64,000 nt of DNA from the NCBI GenBank assembly GCA_963663475.2, contig CAXXJV010000001.1:32001-96000 (forward strand). The letters are read 5' to 3'. Numbering within the stretch: position 1 is the stretch's first letter; each line of letters begins with the position of its first letter. The notes beneath the pieces are model-generated. The model saw only the letters and a program-made list of their open reading frames with translations. It did not search any database and was not told where the DNA came from. The stretch comes from Candidatus Cloacimonadales bacterium (GTDB lineage Bacteria; Cloacimonadota; Cloacimonadia; Cloacimonadales; JAFGVF01). Below, piece after piece: positions 39,157 to 51,000 of the stretch. The translations under genes and the position numbers were made by a program.

Positions 39157-39877
39157 TATGGATGATAAAAAGAAGAGTATCATATATTTTATTGTTATCC
39201 TTCTGTTAGCAGTTGCTTTTGTAGTTCTATATCTTTTAGATTCTAGTATTACTGAAAGTGAAGGACAAGATGCTTTCACTGAAGTTATTGAAAACATTAA
39301 ACCTGCTTTGGAGAATGATAATAACCCTAGTCCAAATAAGCAAGAAGAAAAAACTGAAAACAATAAAAATCAAGATAAAAATTTAGATTCAGATAATGAA
39401 ACTACTGTTAGTTATGAGGAAATAAAAGTGATTAATTGGGACGCAAATGAAATCGATTCTGTTCAGATTTTCAGTCCTCGGAAAGATTTTACCCTTATCA
39501 ATCATGGAAAAGCAGGTGAGAAAAAGTGGTCTATTAGATCCCCGAGAGTTAATGCTAAGATTGCTTCAACTAACAATGCTTTATTCAAACTTTTAAACGT
39601 CTTCACACTTTTCAAAACTGATAATAACCTCACCAGAGATTATTCAGAATTTTCCAAATACTTTGAGTATCCAGCTTGCACTGTAGTTGCACACTTCAAA
39701 GATGGCTCACAAGAAAAATTAACCTTCATCAGAATAGCTGGATATGATGAGTTTATGGATAAAACCAAGATGATGACTTGGGCAAGAGTAAATGAAGAGA
39801 CACTTGTGTATGCAGCAACTTATAATATTCTGGAAAGATTTCTAGTTGCTGAAAATCTATTTTTACGAATTTATTAA
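39140..39877 (+). CDS. Membrane-anchored protein, DUF4340-like
   Basis: N-terminal TM, polar linker, 'EIDSVQI...FTL...W.I..P' pattern. Confidence 0.5.
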   Translation: MEIKNSMDDKKKSIIYFIVILLLAVAFVVLYLLDSSITESEGQDAFTEVIENIKPALENDNNPSPNKQEEKTENNKNQDKNLDSDNETTVSYEEIKVINWDANEIDSVQIFSPRKDFTLINHGKAGEKKWSIRSPRVNAKIASTNNALFKLLNVFTLFKTDNNLTRDYSEFSKYFEYPACTVVAHFKDGSQEKLTFIRIAGYDEFMDKTKMMTWARVNEETLVYAATYNILERFLVAENLFLRIY

Positions 39878-39897
39878 TATTAACTGGAGGATATAAG

Positions 39898-41043
39898 ATG
39901 GATTACTTCTTAACAGAAGATCAATTAGAAATGAAAGAAATAGCTAGAAGAATAGCTCAAGAAAAAATAAAACCTTTATCAGAAGAATATGATGGAAAAG
40001 GTATTTTCCCTTGGGATATCGTAGAAGTATTAGCTCAAAGTGACCTTTTTGCTGTGCTAGTACCTGAAGAATATGATGGAATTAGTGGCAAAGTATTAGA
40101 TTTATCTATTGTAACTGAAGAGCTATCTAAAGTTGATACTGGTATAGCCCTAGCTTTTGGAGCAACAGGATTAGGTTTATATCCAATACTACTTTCTGGC
40201 TCTGAAGAGCAAAAACAAAAATGGTTACCAGCTATCGCTGCTGGTGAAAGATTAGCCGCTTTTGCCTTAACAGAAGCTAATGCTGGTTCTGATGCAGGAG
40301 CTATTGAAACTACTGCTACTAAAGATGGTGATTATTATATCTTAAACGGCACCAAACAATGGATTACTAATGGTGGTGATGCCGAGGTTTATACTGTCTT
40401 TGCTATGACTAATAAAGAAAAAGGTGCTCGTGGATGCTCTTGTTTTATAGTAGAAAAAGGGACACCTGGCTTCGAGTTTGGCAAGAAAGAAAACAAAATG
40501 GGAATTAGAGCTTCTTCAACCCGTGAATTAATCTTCGATAACTGCCGAGTTCCTAAAGAAAACTTGATTGGTAAAGAAGGTACTGGTTTCATTACTGCAA
40601 TGAAGACTTTTGATAAGTCTCGTCCTATGGTAGGTTCACAAGCTGTTGGTGTAGCTGCTGGTGCTTTAGATATAGCAGCTAAGTATTCTAAAGAAAGATA
40701 TCAGTTCGGTAAACCTATTTCTGCCTTCCAAGGCGTACAGTTTATGTTAGCTGATATGGCTACTCAGATTGAAGCTGCTAGAGCCTTAGTTTATCAAACT
40801 GCTCGTATGATTGATGCTGGCGTTAAAAAGTTTAGTAAAGAATCTGCTATGTGTAAATACTTCGCCTCTGATGTTGCTATGAAAGTTACAACAGATGCAG
40901 TTCAAATACTTGGTGGATATGGTTATATGAAAGAATATCCTCTTGAGAAAATGATGCGTGATGCTAAGATTCTCCAAATATATGAAGGAACTAATCAGAT
41001 TCAAAGAACTATTGTTGCTTCTAATTTATTGAAAGAGTATTAA
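39898..41043 (+). CDS. Acyl-CoA dehydrogenase (short-chain/butyryl-CoA type)
   Basis: FALTEANAGSDA, NGTKQWITNG, KMGIRAS, QILGGYGY, IYEGTNQIQR. Confidence 0.93.
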   Translation: MDYFLTEDQLEMKEIARRIAQEKIKPLSEEYDGKGIFPWDIVEVLAQSDLFAVLVPEEYDGISGKVLDLSIVTEELSKVDTGIALAFGATGLGLYPILLSGSEEQKQKWLPAIAAGERLAAFALTEANAGSDAGAIETTATKDGDYYILNGTKQWITNGGDAEVYTVFAMTNKEKGARGCSCFIVEKGTPGFEFGKKENKMGIRASSTRELIFDNCRVPKENLIGKEGTGFITAMKTFDKSRPMVGSQAVGVAAGALDIAAKYSKERYQFGKPISAFQGVQFMLADMATQIEAARALVYQTARMIDAGVKKFSKESAMCKYFASDVAMKVTTDAVQILGGYGYMKEYPLEKMMRDAKILQIYEGTNQIQRTIVASNLLKEY

Positions 41044-41053
41044 AATATATCTT

Positions 41054-41087
41054 AATATCGGAATAGGATAACCTATTCCGGTATTTT
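41054..41087 (+). terminator. Intrinsic terminator
   Basis: AATATCGGAATAGG-ATAA-CCTATTCCGGTATTTT. Confidence 0.6.
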
Positions 41088-41243
41088 CCTAGGATGTAGA
41101 GGAAAGTAATTTCTCACAGGTAAGTTCAAGGCATTAAATTCAGATAATTATGAGAAATTTCTTGACTTTATTTCCTTAATATTAACATAGTTTTAAAAAT
41201 ATTGATTTAAATTATAAAAATAAACATAAGATGGAGCTTTTAG

Positions 41244-44171
41244 ATGAAGAAAAAGACAATAATCATCGAATCAGTTATACTGGTCACATCAATTATTCTT
41301 TTGGTGCTTTTCTTAGGGTTACCCCAATGGTTAGATTTAAACAAGCAAGCTAACCAGCAAAAAAACATTTCTCAACTTACTGAGTTGAGTTTAGCTACAA
41401 ATAAATTCCTAGACAAGTATATGTTCAGCATGACTGCTGATCTTTCAAGAATCAAGGAAAAAATGGAATATTCTCAAAGACTTAATGTTCCAGGAGACAG
41501 CAAATACCAATATTTGATATATGGTGGTTTAAAAGATGCTGACTTAAGATATGTCGTATCTTATGACCTTTTTGATTTACTTAATCAGTACAATAAAATA
41601 ACAGATTCTAACAAGGAAACCTTCGTTAATTCTGTAAACGCTTATATTATTTCTGCTAAGGAAAGAATGTTACACAGTCCTGATAAAGATAAATACACTG
41701 ATTATATTGGATATTTAGACTTATTGGTTTCTAAACTCAGTGATGATAATTATTTCAGAAGAGCTCGTTATACAAACACTATTGTTAATCCTGCTTTCGA
41801 TGCTAATAAGGTATCAATGTTTGGGCCAGTAGCACAAAGTTTTGTTGGTTCTGAACTTTTTAAAGATAAAAGACAGGTAGGAGCAATAATACTCTATTTA
41901 GCTTACATCAACCAAGTATCTTATGAAAATGCTAGTGCAGAAACCTTTAATGACTTCTATACAGCTTTCACACAAATTTTTAACTATACTAATTATTATT
42001 CAAATTCAGCTGGTAACCCTTTACAAGAAGGTAAACAACCTAATGAAATAAAAGATATGTTCCAGAAAGAATTCCGTAAATTCTATCTTGATTCTATTCT
42101 TTATAATGATAGATTAAACAAGGGTATTGTAGCTATTGGTTCTAATGCTGCAGTTGAAGCTGATAACAGATTAACTGATGAATTTCTTAATGACCTAACT
42201 GAATCATCATATCAAAAAGAAGTTAATCAAACTATTCAACAACTCATAACTGAATATCCTGGTGATTATGATGGCTTTGCTAATGCTCTCAGAGAAAAGA
42301 TTAATACTTATAAAATGCATGACATAGACCGTCAACTTATTGATATATATGAATCAGTTTTCAACTATATGCAGTATCAAGAATATCTTCATAAATCTAT
42401 CTACAAGCAAAGAGATAGCTTTGTCCAAGCTGATTTTGACAATCAGTTCAATGATTTCTTCCATAAGTATATCTTGAAATATAATAAAGTTACTATCTTA
42501 GGTGACTTAGCTAAACTTCTAGAAAATGAAAAGAAATCTTCTGAAGATAAGTTATTAAGTAGATTTACCAATAATAATTTACTTAGTGATTTCAGAGAAG
42601 AAATGAAAACTCAAGCTGACTTCTTAAACTCTTTCTATCGTTCAAAATCTTATTCAGATATTATTGCGAAAAGTAAGAAAGACTTTATTGATACTAAAAC
42701 AAACGCTTTTGCAAGTCAGGTTAGAAGTGAAAAATTGACTATTGAAAACATCAAGAAAAATATTTCAAATGACAGAATTATTGAAGACGAAGCTTATAAA
42801 CAAGAATTGAGAAACAAAGTTAATCAATGGGAAGCTGAATTTGATTATATCAAATACTTTGTATCTTTAGATAATCCTAGATCTAGCTCAGATAATATAG
42901 CTCCTGAAGTCTTAGCAGATTCAACTAATATTCAAAAACAAAACAAAGCTCTTTTTGATAAATTGAATGCTAGAATTAATGAAGCTAAAGATTCTTATAT
43001 CAGAAATGATTACAGTAAATATAATTCTCTTTTCAGTTACGTTGATTATTGTGCAAGTCAGTTAATTTCAACTATTAGTAATGAAAGACTAGCTGACTAT
43101 CAAGAATTCCAACAAGCTGTTTTAAATACTACAAGTTCTTATATTGCAGAAACTGAATATCCTGAATTCGATAATGAGCTAGTTTCTCAAATTAGAAATC
43201 AATTAAATGATTTGTATAAGAAACATACCTTAGAATATGCAAGTCTTCCTGCTGATTATATTGAAAAACTTAATTCTTTAAATGAAAAACTCACTAATCA
43301 TGCAGAATATCAAAAATTTGCCAGAGCTAAAAGAGTTTCTAATAAAAGAATTCTCTCAGCAAATGAAATTGAACAATTCAAAAATGTATCTATCGATCCT
43401 GAAGGATTAATCTATTTCTATAATTTCTACCTATACTACATCAAAGATAACATTGATAAAAATAGATTCTATTCACGCTTTGGTTCTTCAGCTCTTAGAA
43501 ATGCCAAGAAACAATATGTTGATAATAAAATATCAGCCAATGATAGCAGTTGGTTAGATCTAGAAAAAGAATTATTAACTCTTCTTGAAGATTCAGAAGT
43601 TAAAGAAAAACAAGCTGAATTTGATGCTACTATCAAGCAAGCTCTTGCGAATTATAAAGATTCAAAATTAGAATCATATAAATATCAGAATGCTTTTAAC
43701 TTCAATGGACTTCTTTCTGATTTAGCTAGAGTTGAAAATAATATTAAATTCTACCGTGGTCCAATTGAATTCCCATTCTACGATAAAGATGAATTCTATT
43801 TAATTTACGGAAGATTTATGGAAGAGGGTGACAAGAAAGTTGCTATTTCTCTTGTTTCATATACTGATATCCACAACTTCCCACAAGCTAATGCCGTAGT
43901 TGTGAGAAATCTTGGTAAAACTGATGTTGATGTAGCTGCAATTCAAGCTAATTTACAGAAAAATTTAAATAGCTTAATAGCAAAATATCAAGATGAAATT
44001 GTTAAGTTAAGTCAAGATGTTGAAGAATTTAAGAATATTAATGTTATTCATAATAATGATCCTGATTATAAAATTACTACTCAAACTGTTAAAGCAAAAC
44101 AGCTTATCAGAGATCAATTCACTCTAGCTTTAGAACAAATGCTTGAAGACTTCGTGAGATCAAACTATTAA
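41244..44171 (+). CDS. Large N-terminally anchored hypothetical protein, 975 aa
   Basis: Long ORF with GGAG RBS, single N-terminal TM, own terminator; no recognised family. Confidence 0.8.
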   Translation: MKKKTIIIESVILVTSIILLVLFLGLPQWLDLNKQANQQKNISQLTELSLATNKFLDKYMFSMTADLSRIKEKMEYSQRLNVPGDSKYQYLIYGGLKDADLRYVVSYDLFDLLNQYNKITDSNKETFVNSVNAYIISAKERMLHSPDKDKYTDYIGYLDLLVSKLSDDNYFRRARYTNTIVNPAFDANKVSMFGPVAQSFVGSELFKDKRQVGAIILYLAYINQVSYENASAETFNDFYTAFTQIFNYTNYYSNSAGNPLQEGKQPNEIKDMFQKEFRKFYLDSILYNDRLNKGIVAIGSNAAVEADNRLTDEFLNDLTESSYQKEVNQTIQQLITEYPGDYDGFANALREKINTYKMHDIDRQLIDIYESVFNYMQYQEYLHKSIYKQRDSFVQADFDNQFNDFFHKYILKYNKVTILGDLAKLLENEKKSSEDKLLSRFTNNNLLSDFREEMKTQADFLNSFYRSKSYSDIIAKSKKDFIDTKTNAFASQVRSEKLTIENIKKNISNDRIIEDEAYKQELRNKVNQWEAEFDYIKYFVSLDNPRSSSDNIAPEVLADSTNIQKQNKALFDKLNARINEAKDSYIRNDYSKYNSLFSYVDYCASQLISTISNERLADYQEFQQAVLNTTSSYIAETEYPEFDNELVSQIRNQLNDLYKKHTLEYASLPADYIEKLNSLNEKLTNHAEYQKFARAKRVSNKRILSANEIEQFKNVSIDPEGLIYFYNFYLYYIKDNIDKNRFYSRFGSSALRNAKKQYVDNKISANDSSWLDLEKELLTLLEDSEVKEKQAEFDATIKQALANYKDSKLESYKYQNAFNFNGLLSDLARVENNIKFYRGPIEFPFYDKDEFYLIYGRFMEEGDKKVAISLVSYTDIHNFPQANAVVVRNLGKTDVDVAAIQANLQKNLNSLIAKYQDEIVKLSQDVEEFKNINVIHNNDPDYKITTQTVKAKQLIRDQFTLALEQMLEDFVRSNY

Positions 44172-44198
44172 TAGTAAATATTAACCAATAATAAACTC

Positions 44199-44232
44199 GA
44201 TGAGATACTCTTTTTTGTATCTCATCTTTTTT
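44199..44232 (+). terminator. Intrinsic terminator
   Basis: GATGAGATAC-N8-GTATCTCATC-T6. Confidence 0.7.
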
Positions 44233-44264
44233 ATTATTACTTATAAACAAAGGATAGATTAATT

Positions 44265-45539
44265 ATGGAATACAAAGAATTTCTGGAAAACTTATATCAG
44301 AGATATTCGGGTAATATTAAATTAGGACTCCAACGAATGTTCCAAATCTTAGCTGAAATGGATAGTCCGCATACTAAACTTCAAGGATTACACGTTGCTG
44401 GTACTAATGGAAAAGGTTCTACTTGTGCTATGCTTGAAGCTCTCTGCCTAGCTAATAATCTCACATGTGGTCTTAATACCTCTCCCCACTTAGTAAACTA
44501 TACTGAAAGATTTAGAATTAATGGCCAAATTCTTGATTATGAAACCATCTATCAAGAATATAAAAAATGGGAATCAACTTTTAATAAAACTGATGCTTCC
44601 TTCTTTGAAATTACAACAGCTTTGGCTTTCAGACTATTCTTAGATAAGAAAGTTGATACCTCTATCTTTGAAGTAGGTCTTGGTGGTAGGTTAGACGGAA
44701 CAAATCCTTTTCAATCTACCGTAACTGCTATTACCTCAATCTCCATTGATCACAAAAAAACACTTGGTGATACTATTGAAAAAATAGCTGGAGAAAAAGC
44801 AGGTATTATCAAAAAATATGTTCCTATGGTAATCAGCAAACTTAAAGCAAGTGCTTTAGAGGTTATCCAAAAAGTAGCTGATGATAATTTCGCTCCTACT
44901 TATGTTTATGATAGGGACTACTTTGTTAAAAATGTTAGAATCTCTGATAAAGGTACTGTTTTTGACTACTCTTTCCCAGAAATGAACATAGAATTCAAAG
45001 ATATTGCTGTTAATCTTCTTGGCCAGCACCAGTCATTAAATGCAGGAGTAGCCCTTACTTCTTTCTTACTCTACATGCAAATCAGAGGTCTTGCTATCAA
45101 TGAAGATATGATTAGAAAAGCTATGATAAGTGTTTCGTGGTCTGGCAGAATGCAAATTATTAATTTTGAACCGCTTACTATCCTAGATGGAGCTCATAAT
45201 GATGTTGGTATGGATTTCTTAATTGAGAATATTAATGATATTTTTCCTGATAGAAAGAAGAGATTTGTTTTAGGTATCTTACAAGATAAACCCTTTAAGG
45301 ATATGTTAGAGATGGCTGCTAAAATTGCCTCTAAACTATATCTATGTCAGAGTAACTCACAAAGAGCAGCTGATGTTGATTTACTAGCAGAAGTAGCTGA
45401 ATCTCTTAAAATCGATTTTGAAAAAATACCTAATGTCTTTCAAGCTTATCAAAAAGCTATCCAAGATGCAGACCCTAATGATGTTATTATCATAGGAGGT
45501 TCTCTTTATACTATAGCTGAAGTTTTAGCTAATATCTAG
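44265..45539 (+). CDS. folC: Folylpolyglutamate synthase/dihydrofolate synthase
   Basis: HVAGTNGKGST, TSPHL, EVGLGGRLDGTN, EKAGI, LDGAHN, GSLY. Confidence 0.95.
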   Translation: MEYKEFLENLYQRYSGNIKLGLQRMFQILAEMDSPHTKLQGLHVAGTNGKGSTCAMLEALCLANNLTCGLNTSPHLVNYTERFRINGQILDYETIYQEYKKWESTFNKTDASFFEITTALAFRLFLDKKVDTSIFEVGLGGRLDGTNPFQSTVTAITSISIDHKKTLGDTIEKIAGEKAGIIKKYVPMVISKLKASALEVIQKVADDNFAPTYVYDRDYFVKNVRISDKGTVFDYSFPEMNIEFKDIAVNLLGQHQSLNAGVALTSFLLYMQIRGLAINEDMIRKAMISVSWSGRMQIINFEPLTILDGAHNDVGMDFLIENINDIFPDRKKRFVLGILQDKPFKDMLEMAAKIASKLYLCQSNSQRAADVDLLAEVAESLKIDFEKIPNVFQAYQKAIQDADPNDVIIIGGSLYTIAEVLANI

Positions 45540-45561
45540 TTTTTGCTTCTTATTCGAGTTT

Positions 45562-45793
45562 AACCCAGATAGTGTAGTAGAGCTTTAGTGAAGAGTGCAG
45601 ATTATTCTAGCAAAATAGCTTACAGAATTTTGACGCATATATTTTATATATTCGGAGAAATTATGGAAGCTACTTTTGCAGAAGAATATAGTGCTATTCA
45701 CAAAGGTCTACTGCATTATTTGGGTTTAACCCATAAAGTGTAGTATAGCTTTAGTGATACTTTGCTAAAGCTATACTGCCTCATCTAGGATTA
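45562..45793. mobile_element. Foldback MITE-like element (165-bp copy 45562-45726 plus short derivative 45728-45793)
   Basis: AACCCAGATAGTGTAGTAGA...TCTACTGCATTATTTGGGTT; located between convergent genes. Confidence 0.75.
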
Positions 45794-47782
45794 TTTAGTC
45801 TTTATTATAGAAATCTTTTGCACCTTCTCTTGTCCTTCATAAATAAATTTTACAAGATATATACCATTAGAAATATTTTCTGGTAAATCGATTCTACTTC
45901 TATTCTGGTTAAAATTAGAGGAGTGCACTAATTGCCCTCTTAAGTTATATATTTTCACCTTTTTTAATCCAAGTGTTTTATTGATATTAATTTCATTATT
46001 AATAACTGGATTAGGGTATATGAGAGGCTCCACTAAGTAAGCGACATTATTATCATTGCTTGTTGCACTTGAAGTAATAAGAATTCTATCGATTATCAAG
46101 AGTAAGGTTTGGATTCCACAAGACTCAAGGAGAAGATTAGTTATTATATCTTGATTATTATTAACATTGTGGTCAAAAGTAAAGATACTCATCTCTTCTG
46201 GTACTTCAAGATAATTTCCTTGGTTTAAATAAACTATATCCTCTTCATTATTGTTGTAAATTAGACCGACTTTAATTCTTTCCATTCCCCAAGAAGTATT
46301 CAAACTTTTAGCATTTATAGTTATTGTAACTTGTTGAGCTTGGAAAGATGGAGATATAAGAATATCTGATGTTGGTGGACTAATAGCTGAGAAACTAACA
46401 AGACACTTATCTCCTGCTATATTAAAATCTAAGGGAGGATTTGTTGCACTAGGTTGAAAAATCATAAATCCTGCTGGATTACCTTGATTAGGATATTGAT
46501 AATCTGCTATTACATAAGTTTCTTGACCATCATTATCTATACTTTGCCAATCCCCTATTTGACTAGTAAAAGCTGGGTATTCCTCAAAATCATCATCAAG
46601 CAGTATGTTAGCAGGTTCATTAACTAGAACTTGCACACTAGGACTTTCAATAAATGATTCATCACAAAAGATGAATTTAACCTTATAATAATAGGTCTCA
46701 CCTACCTCAATATTACTATCTACAAAAGAATTAACATTTACTTCAGCTAGTAACTGACCATTCCTATACAAAAGATATGGATAGTTATTATTAAATAAAT
46801 TAGTCCATTCCAAATTAACACTAGAATTATTTACTTGGGAAGAAGATATTTCTAGATTCATTCCTTCTTCTATAGTGGCAAAGGTAGATACCTGACTTGT
46901 AAATGTCTCTTCACCATTAAAATAACTAGCATACAAACTATAATAACTAGCTGGCGCAAAGGGTAGTAGAGGTGTGACTTCATATATATTCTCATCTATC
47001 ATTTGACAGTCTGCAACAACCAATTGATTAGTATAGCTATTAGCTTGCAAATGAATAGTCATAGCTTGAGGATCAATAACTTGAATATTTAAGGCAGATG
47101 TAGGTAGAATTTGACTAGCATTAGCAGGAGGATAAATTATCTGGGGATAATTGGCATCAGGTGTTATATCAAAGATTGAATTAGGTAATTTGCTTCTCAC
47201 AAAGATAGCTGGGACTAAATTATTGCTATCTAATGGATTTACATTATCAACAAAACACATGGAGGTGTTGTTTGCTGTATCAAATGCAATAAAATCATCT
47301 GAGTTCATCCCTTGATCTGAATCATTTTCCATAAAAAAGATAATTAGATTTTCTGTAGCCGAATAATAATAGGCTTGTGTCAAAGTTATTACCATCCAAC
47401 CATCTCCTTCGGAATTACTAGCATGAAAATTGAATGGGGTTAAGTTGCCTTCAAAGCAGACATCTAAATCACTCAATTCTAGATAATCTGTTTCATCTGC
47501 AAAACTAGCTTGTGAACTTTCTCCTATCATAATCAAAACGTCATTAATATACAGTTCAGGATTAGGACTAGTTAAACTGTATTGAAAAGCTAATTGATTA
47601 ATAGTACAAGCTTGATTAAAATAGCTGGAACTGTAAATTAATTGTGATGCACTATGTCGGTAAAATGGGTCACATGGCAGATGCTGAGAATTATCATTCC
47701 CATTACCAATTTCCAATTGAATAGCAAAAGTCATTCCTGCCATAATTACAAACCAAATAATAAAGCAAAATCTTTTAAGCAT
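45791..47782 (-). CDS. Secreted protein with FN3 and cleaved-adhesin-like domains and T9SS-type CTD
   Basis: Signal peptide; LYRNGQ...FVD...GETYYYKV; DDFEEYPAF...WQSIDND (similar to the 2038-aa protein); IYPNPV...IYNLRGQLV...NGIYLVK. Confidence 0.8.
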   Translation of the reverse strand: MLKRFCFIIWFVIMAGMTFAIQLEIGNGNDNSQHLPCDPFYRHSASQLIYSSSYFNQACTINQLAFQYSLTSPNPELYINDVLIMIGESSQASFADETDYLELSDLDVCFEGNLTPFNFHASNSEGDGWMVITLTQAYYYSATENLIIFFMENDSDQGMNSDDFIAFDTANNTSMCFVDNVNPLDSNNLVPAIFVRSKLPNSIFDITPDANYPQIIYPPANASQILPTSALNIQVIDPQAMTIHLQANSYTNQLVVADCQMIDENIYEVTPLLPFAPASYYSLYASYFNGEETFTSQVSTFATIEEGMNLEISSSQVNNSSVNLEWTNLFNNNYPYLLYRNGQLLAEVNVNSFVDSNIEVGETYYYKVKFIFCDESFIESPSVQVLVNEPANILLDDDFEEYPAFTSQIGDWQSIDNDGQETYVIADYQYPNQGNPAGFMIFQPSATNPPLDFNIAGDKCLVSFSAISPPTSDILISPSFQAQQVTITINAKSLNTSWGMERIKVGLIYNNNEEDIVYLNQGNYLEVPEEMSIFTFDHNVNNNQDIITNLLLESCGIQTLLLIIDRILITSSATSNDNNVAYLVEPLIYPNPVINNEININKTLGLKKVKIYNLRGQLVHSSNFNQNRSRIDLPENISNGIYLVKFIYEGQEKVQKISIIKTK

Positions 47783-48089
47783 AATTCACTCCTTTAAGCA
47801 AAAAGTACTTATAATTATTTTATTGTCAATACTTTTTTATCATAAGGAATACATTTACTTGCTTTTTGTGACTAAGATAGTAACATCATGATAAATTTTC
47901 CCTAATTTTTCTTTTTGCTAGTGGGGGAATAAATGAACTTAAAACATAGATAGACAAAGACAAAGAATTAAGTTACGATATATTAAAATATGCTTATTTA
48001 GATAAACTTTTATTGACATAAAAATGGGTAAATAATTCTATGTCTATATGAAAATAATTAAACACAAAAAATAAATTAAGGAGTGTGAC

Positions 48090-51000
48090 ATGGCTCAGTT
48101 TAAGAAAGAAACTATGGATGGAAACACAGCTGCTGCGCATGTAGCTTATGCTTTTAGTGAAGTTGCTGCTATTTATCCTATTACTCCATCTTCTAACATG
48201 GGTGAATCAACCGATGCTTGGGCTGCTAACGGAAGGAAAAACATATTTGGAACTACAGTTGATGTAGCAGAACTTCAATCAGAAGGTGGTGCTTCTGGTG
48301 CTGTGCACGGAGCTCTATCAGCTGGTGCATTAACTACTACTTTTACAGCTTCTCAAGGACTCTTATTGATGTTACCTAACATGCATAAGATTGCTGGAGA
48401 AATGTTACCAACTAACTTCTGGGTTTCAGCTAGATCTCTTGCTGCTCAATCTTTATCTATCTTTGGAGACCACTCTGATGTGATGTCTGCTAGAAATACT
48501 GGTTTTGCTTTAATGGCCTGTAACTCAGTTCAAGAAATTATGGATATTGGTGTTGCTTCTCATTTATCAACACTTAAATCAAGTATTCCATTCTTAACCT
48601 TCTTTGATGGTTTTAGATCTTCTCATGAAATTCAAAAAATTGAAGTTATTGATTATGATACTATTGCATCTTTAGTTGAACCAGAATATATCGAAAAATT
48701 CAGAGAAAATGCCTTAAATCCTGAAGCACCTAGATTAAAAACTGGTGCTCAGAATCCTGATGTTTACTTCCAAGGTAGAGAAACAACAAACAAACATTAT
48801 GAAGCAACTCCTGCAATCGTTGAAGAATATCTTAAAAAAGTTTCTGCATTGGTAGGCAGAGATTATAATCTTTTTGATTATGTAGGTGCTCCTGATGCAG
48901 AGTCAATAATCGTAGCAATGGGTTCTGGTTGTGAAACAATCGAAGAAGCTGTTGAGTATTTAAATAAAAATGGAAAAAAATACGGTTTATTAAAAGTACG
49001 TCTTTTCAGACCTTTCTCAGTTGAACATTTTGTAAATGCTATTCCAGAAAGTGTAAAAAGAGTTGCAGTTCTTGATAGAACAAAAGAACCAGGCTCAATT
49101 GGTGAACCTTTATACTTAGATGTTGTTACTGCACTTAAAGGTAAATGTCTTAACATTATTGGTGGACGTTATGGTCTTTCTTCCAAAGAATTTACACCTG
49201 GCATGGTTAAATCTGTATTTGATCACCTTGATAATGATGGTTTCCATGGTTTTACTGTAGGTATCAACGATGATGTATCTCATAAATCACTCCCAATCAA
49301 TCAAGTTATCAATGCTATTCCAGCAGACACTATTTCTTGTAAATTCTGGGGATTAGGTTCTGATGGTACTGTTGGTGCTAATAAGAACTCTATTAAAATT
49401 ATTGGTGATAACACTGAATTATGGGCTCAAGGATACTTCCAATATGATTCAAAAAAATCAGGTGGAATTACTCGTAGCCATTTAAGATTTGGTAAATCAA
49501 AAATTAGAGCTCAATATACAGTTAATAGTCCTGACTTTGTAGCTTGTCATAATCCTGCTTTCATCGGTCGTTTTGATATCTTAGAAGGTATCAAAGAAGG
49601 TGGAACATTCTTATTAAACTCACAATTCTCTAATGATGAAGTTTTTGCTAACTTAACAGAAGACATGCAAAGAACAATCATCGAAAAGAAAATTAAATTA
49701 TATAATATCAATGCTTTAGAAATTGCTAACAAAGTTGGTCTTGGTGGAAGAATTAATACTGTTATGCAGGCTGCCTTCTTTATAATTTCTAATGTATTAC
49801 CAAAAGATACAGCTATTGACCTTATTAAAAAAGCTATTGTAAAATCTTATACTAAGAAGGGTGATGAAATTGTTAAAATGAACATCCTTGCAGTTGATAA
49901 GGTGGAAGAAGCTTTAGTTGAAATTAATGTTCCTGCTGAAATGATTGCTGATCATATTAAATCAAAGCAACTCGTTCCTGCTGATGCAGATGATTTCACA
50001 AAACAAGTTATTGAACCTATCATGAGAGAAAAAGGTGATGATATTCCTGTTTCTGCAATGCCTATTGATGGTTATATTCCTACAGGCACAGCAGCTTTAG
50101 AGAAACGTGGTGTTGCACCATTTGTTCCTCATTGGGATGCTTCAAAATGTATCCAATGTAACCAATGTTCTATGGTATGTCCTCATGCTGCTATTAGAGC
50201 TAAATTGATTCCTGTAGATGCTCTTGAAGATGCACCTGAATCATTTGTTACTTTAGATGAAATGATGGAAGCCCGTAAAGGCCAAGTTGATCATAAATAT
50301 AAAATCCAAGTTTATATTGATGACTGCCAAGGCTGTAAAGCATGTGTCTTAGAATGTCCTAAAGATGCTTTATCTATGAGTCCTATCGAAGAAGAAAGAG
50401 CTGCTGGTGAGCAAGCTAACTACGAATACTTCGAAAAATTACCAACAGATATTCTTGGTGCTTATAAAGAAGATACAGTTAAAGGTTCTCAGTTCAAACA
50501 ACCACTTCTTGAGTTCTCAGGTGCTTGTGCAGGTTGTGGAGAAACTCCATACGTAAAACTTATCACTCAATTAGTTGGTGATAGAATGTTAATTGCTAAT
50601 GCTACTGGTTGTTCTTCAATTTGGGGTGGAACTTTCCCAACAGTACCTTACTGTAAAAACCAATTTGGTAATGGACCAGCTTGGGCTAACTCCCTCTTTG
50701 AAGATAATGCTGAGTATGCTTATGGTTTCAGATTAGCTGTTAATGCCAACAGAAAGCAATTAAGATATAATGTAGAGAAATTACTTCCTCTTTTAAATTG
50801 CCAAGGTTGCACAGAAAAATTCAATTATGCTCTTGAAAACTGGGATGCAGTTGATCAAGCAGCTAAAGAAAACATCAATGAAATCAAAAAAATACTTCCA
50901 ACTCTATTAGAGAAAGCTACCCCTGAAACTAAACCTATGATTGAAAAAATCATTGAACTCAAATCATACTTCCTTCAGAAATCAGTTTGGGGATTTGGTG

